A DNA stretch of 63,833 bases, counting the filler, from Octopus bimaculoides (lineage: Eukaryota), in assembly GCF_001194135.2 (NCBI RefSeq). It is 6 parts of 6 records of this genome, joined end to end, with 100 filler letters (N's around TTAATTAATTAA, not from the genome) between each part and the next. Parts side by side here need not be neighbours in the genome. Positions count along the whole stretch, not along the records: positions 60,985 to 62,618 come from NW_026387632.1; positions 62,719 to 63,833 come from NW_026392713.1; 4 more parts are not named here. One strand, written 5' to 3'. The position numbers and the translations under genes are program-made. Positions 62,612 through 63,833 of this stretch are shown here, one piece after another. The stretch's first letter is position 1, and each line of letters starts with the position of its first letter. The notes beneath the pieces are model-generated. The model searched no databases, was not told the origin of the DNA, and saw nothing but the letters and a program-made list of their open reading frames with translations.

Positions 62612-63833
62612 TTAACATNNNNNNNNNNNNNNNNNNNNNNNNNNNNNNNNNNNNNNNNNNNNTTAATTAATTAANNNNNNNNNNNNNNNNNNNNNNNNNN
62701 NNNNNNNNNNNNNNNNNNGTCCACCAATTTGGTAGGGGTTACGCAAAAGATAATTACTTGTAATGTCTTTCATGTACTGATACCACTGAACAACAGTAGA
62801 TTTTGAAAGAACGACTTTTTAATGTACTCTTTACCAAAAACAGGTCGTGTATAATGTATTTACTTTGTTTAAAAAAAATTATTTACTGTATGTTGTCACA
62901 GATCACGTATGTGTGGTTGTGTGTGTTTTTATGTTTCTATGTTATGAAAAATATGTAAAAAATACTAAGAGGAGACAAGGACGCTGAACATGCAGACAGA
63001 CAATGTAACGAAAACATGAACGAGTGAAACGTGGTATTCCTTATTCAGTCTAGTTACAAATTATCATTGCAACTTCGGCAAAAGGAAGCTAAGAGCACCA
63101 GATTCCTTGGAAGAAAGAACCGAATGTAAACAGAAAGAAGGACGTATAACAAAGCAGGATATCAACAGCAGGTGTATTTCGACTCCTCACGAAGTAAGTG
63201 ATGCTGGCATGTGTAGGAAATGAGAAAGTGAAGCGAGGAAAAGGAGATGTGCACGGACAATGGTCGACGCAGAGAAATGGCGATAAGCCCCAGATGACCA
63301 GGTTACGTGGATAGTTAGAGATAGAAAGATAGAAGAAAGCTATTAAATGGGAGACAGGAAGCAGAACGAAGTAAGAGTGAATAGGTAGATAGAAGGAAAG
63401 AATAGAAAGGGAAGAATAATCTTAAACCAAGTTAATCTATGACTTAGTATGTATCACTTTCTCTCTCTCTCTCTTTCTCCCTCTTTTACTCTTACTCTCT
63501 ATATTATATGTTGAGCATGTGATCGATGTGTAAGAATGCCGGTACAGATAGAATGAAAGAAATATAAAAATTACTAGAAACAAAAGCTAAATCTCCCTTA
63601 AATCACACAAAGTAAATGGAATTTAAAAAATCTAATTACTGCACTGGAAAGTTCACGTCGAGAAAATTCCATTGATGTAAAAATTTTCACGAAAAAGTGG
63701 AAAATGTGGATTTCTATAAACTTTCAAAAGGCTACACACAGACACATAACTTCAGCTTCATATATATATATATATGAATATATATGCCACTACTGGTGAT
63801 ATCATCAAATTTAGAATTTATCCACAGATGATA

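Overview
AT-rich eukaryotic DNA with many microsatellites and gaps. The SINE families and repeat spectrum look like an Octopus genome (inference). Nearly all ORFs in the supplied track are microsatellite or N artefacts. The window holds: (i) many copies of at least six SINE-like families; (ii) decayed mariner, pogo-like, piggyBac-MITE, Helentron/DINE-like, RLE-type non-LTR, gag-like and two Penelope-like (GIY-YIG) remnants; (iii) minisatellites and fold-back palindromes; (iv) two convincing minus-strand coding exons near 60.7 and 61.7 kb of an unidentified gene, plus weaker exon candidates; (v) five artificial TTAATTAATTAA scaffold linkers. The main hidden signal is a set of minimal type-I hammerhead ribozyme (HHR) motifs. 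Two look intact (3725-3810 and 15469-15558). One sits just downstream of a Penelope-like GIY-YIG ORF remnant (61-146). Others are degenerate, partial or non-canonical (13.55, 14.0, 17.65, 40.16, 43.4 kb). One HHR module is attached to a tRNA-like Pol III head, suggesting a SINE/Penelope (retrozyme-like) chimera. All structures were read by eye; no folding or database search was run.
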